Part shown: in pieces, positions 50,050 to 50,184 of the stretch | Layout of the letters: the number at the start of each line of letters is the position of its first letter | How positions within the stretch are numbered: the first letter of the stretch is position 1 | IMG/VR virus record: IMGVR_UViG_3300027874_000015 | Coordinates: 1-50,184 of that record | Source: a virus | Lineage: Duplodnaviria; Caudoviricetes | DNA length: 50,184 nt | Strand: one strand, 5' to 3' | Translations under genes and position numbers: made by a program | The notes under the pieces: generated by a model | Seen by the model: the letters and a program-made list of their open reading frames with translations, nothing else | The model's database searches: none | What the model was told of the DNA's origin: nothing

Positions 50050-50184
50050 TCATCCGTTATCTTTCGCAGCAATCTCACCAGCGCAAGCCGCATAACCAGC
50101 GCCGTCGATATAGTCGTCGATATTGAAACGGCCGGTGTAACGCCGAGCGATCTTCAGACCTTCCATCATGTTCGCAACATCATG
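50050..50184 (-). CDS. DUF6378-like protein, C-terminal part (5'-truncated by window)
   Basis: Hand-translated HDVANMMEGLKIARR...DDYIDGAGYAACAGE. Confidence 0.7.
   Translation of the reverse strand, partial: HDVANMMEGLKIARRYTGRFNIDDYIDGAGYAACAGEIAAKDNG

Overview
A 50-kb GC-rich segment of a tailed dsDNA phage or prophage, most likely a siphovirus (tail tube, frameshifted tail chaperone and tape measure, no sheath seen). An alphaproteobacterial host is only an inference. Almost all genes are on the minus strand, running right to left: terminase large subunit, about 10 kb of small accessory and lysis genes, DUF1073-type portal, a long MuF-like head protein with appended domains, a multi-domain ChaB/ParB/DUF2213 protease-scaffold protein, decoration and DUF2184-type major capsid proteins, glycosyltransferase/methyltransferase/fibre genes, neck, tail, and receptor-binding proteins. 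A second GT9-like glycosyltransferase runs off the left edge and is absent from the ORF track. Most interesting: (1) an inverted plus-strand cassette of 11 small ORFs inside the head module, with two near-identical promoters carrying a palindromic operator and a terminal HTH gene, resembling an acr-aca anti-defence operon; (2) two head-associated 'polyproteins' whose cargo domains are separated by a shared PRDxxG[RK]WTSGGG-type motif; (3) a candidate virion-glycosylation gene set; (4) NNNGG pentamer tracts directly downstream of antisense promoter-like motifs. All family assignments are by motif recognition, not by database search.
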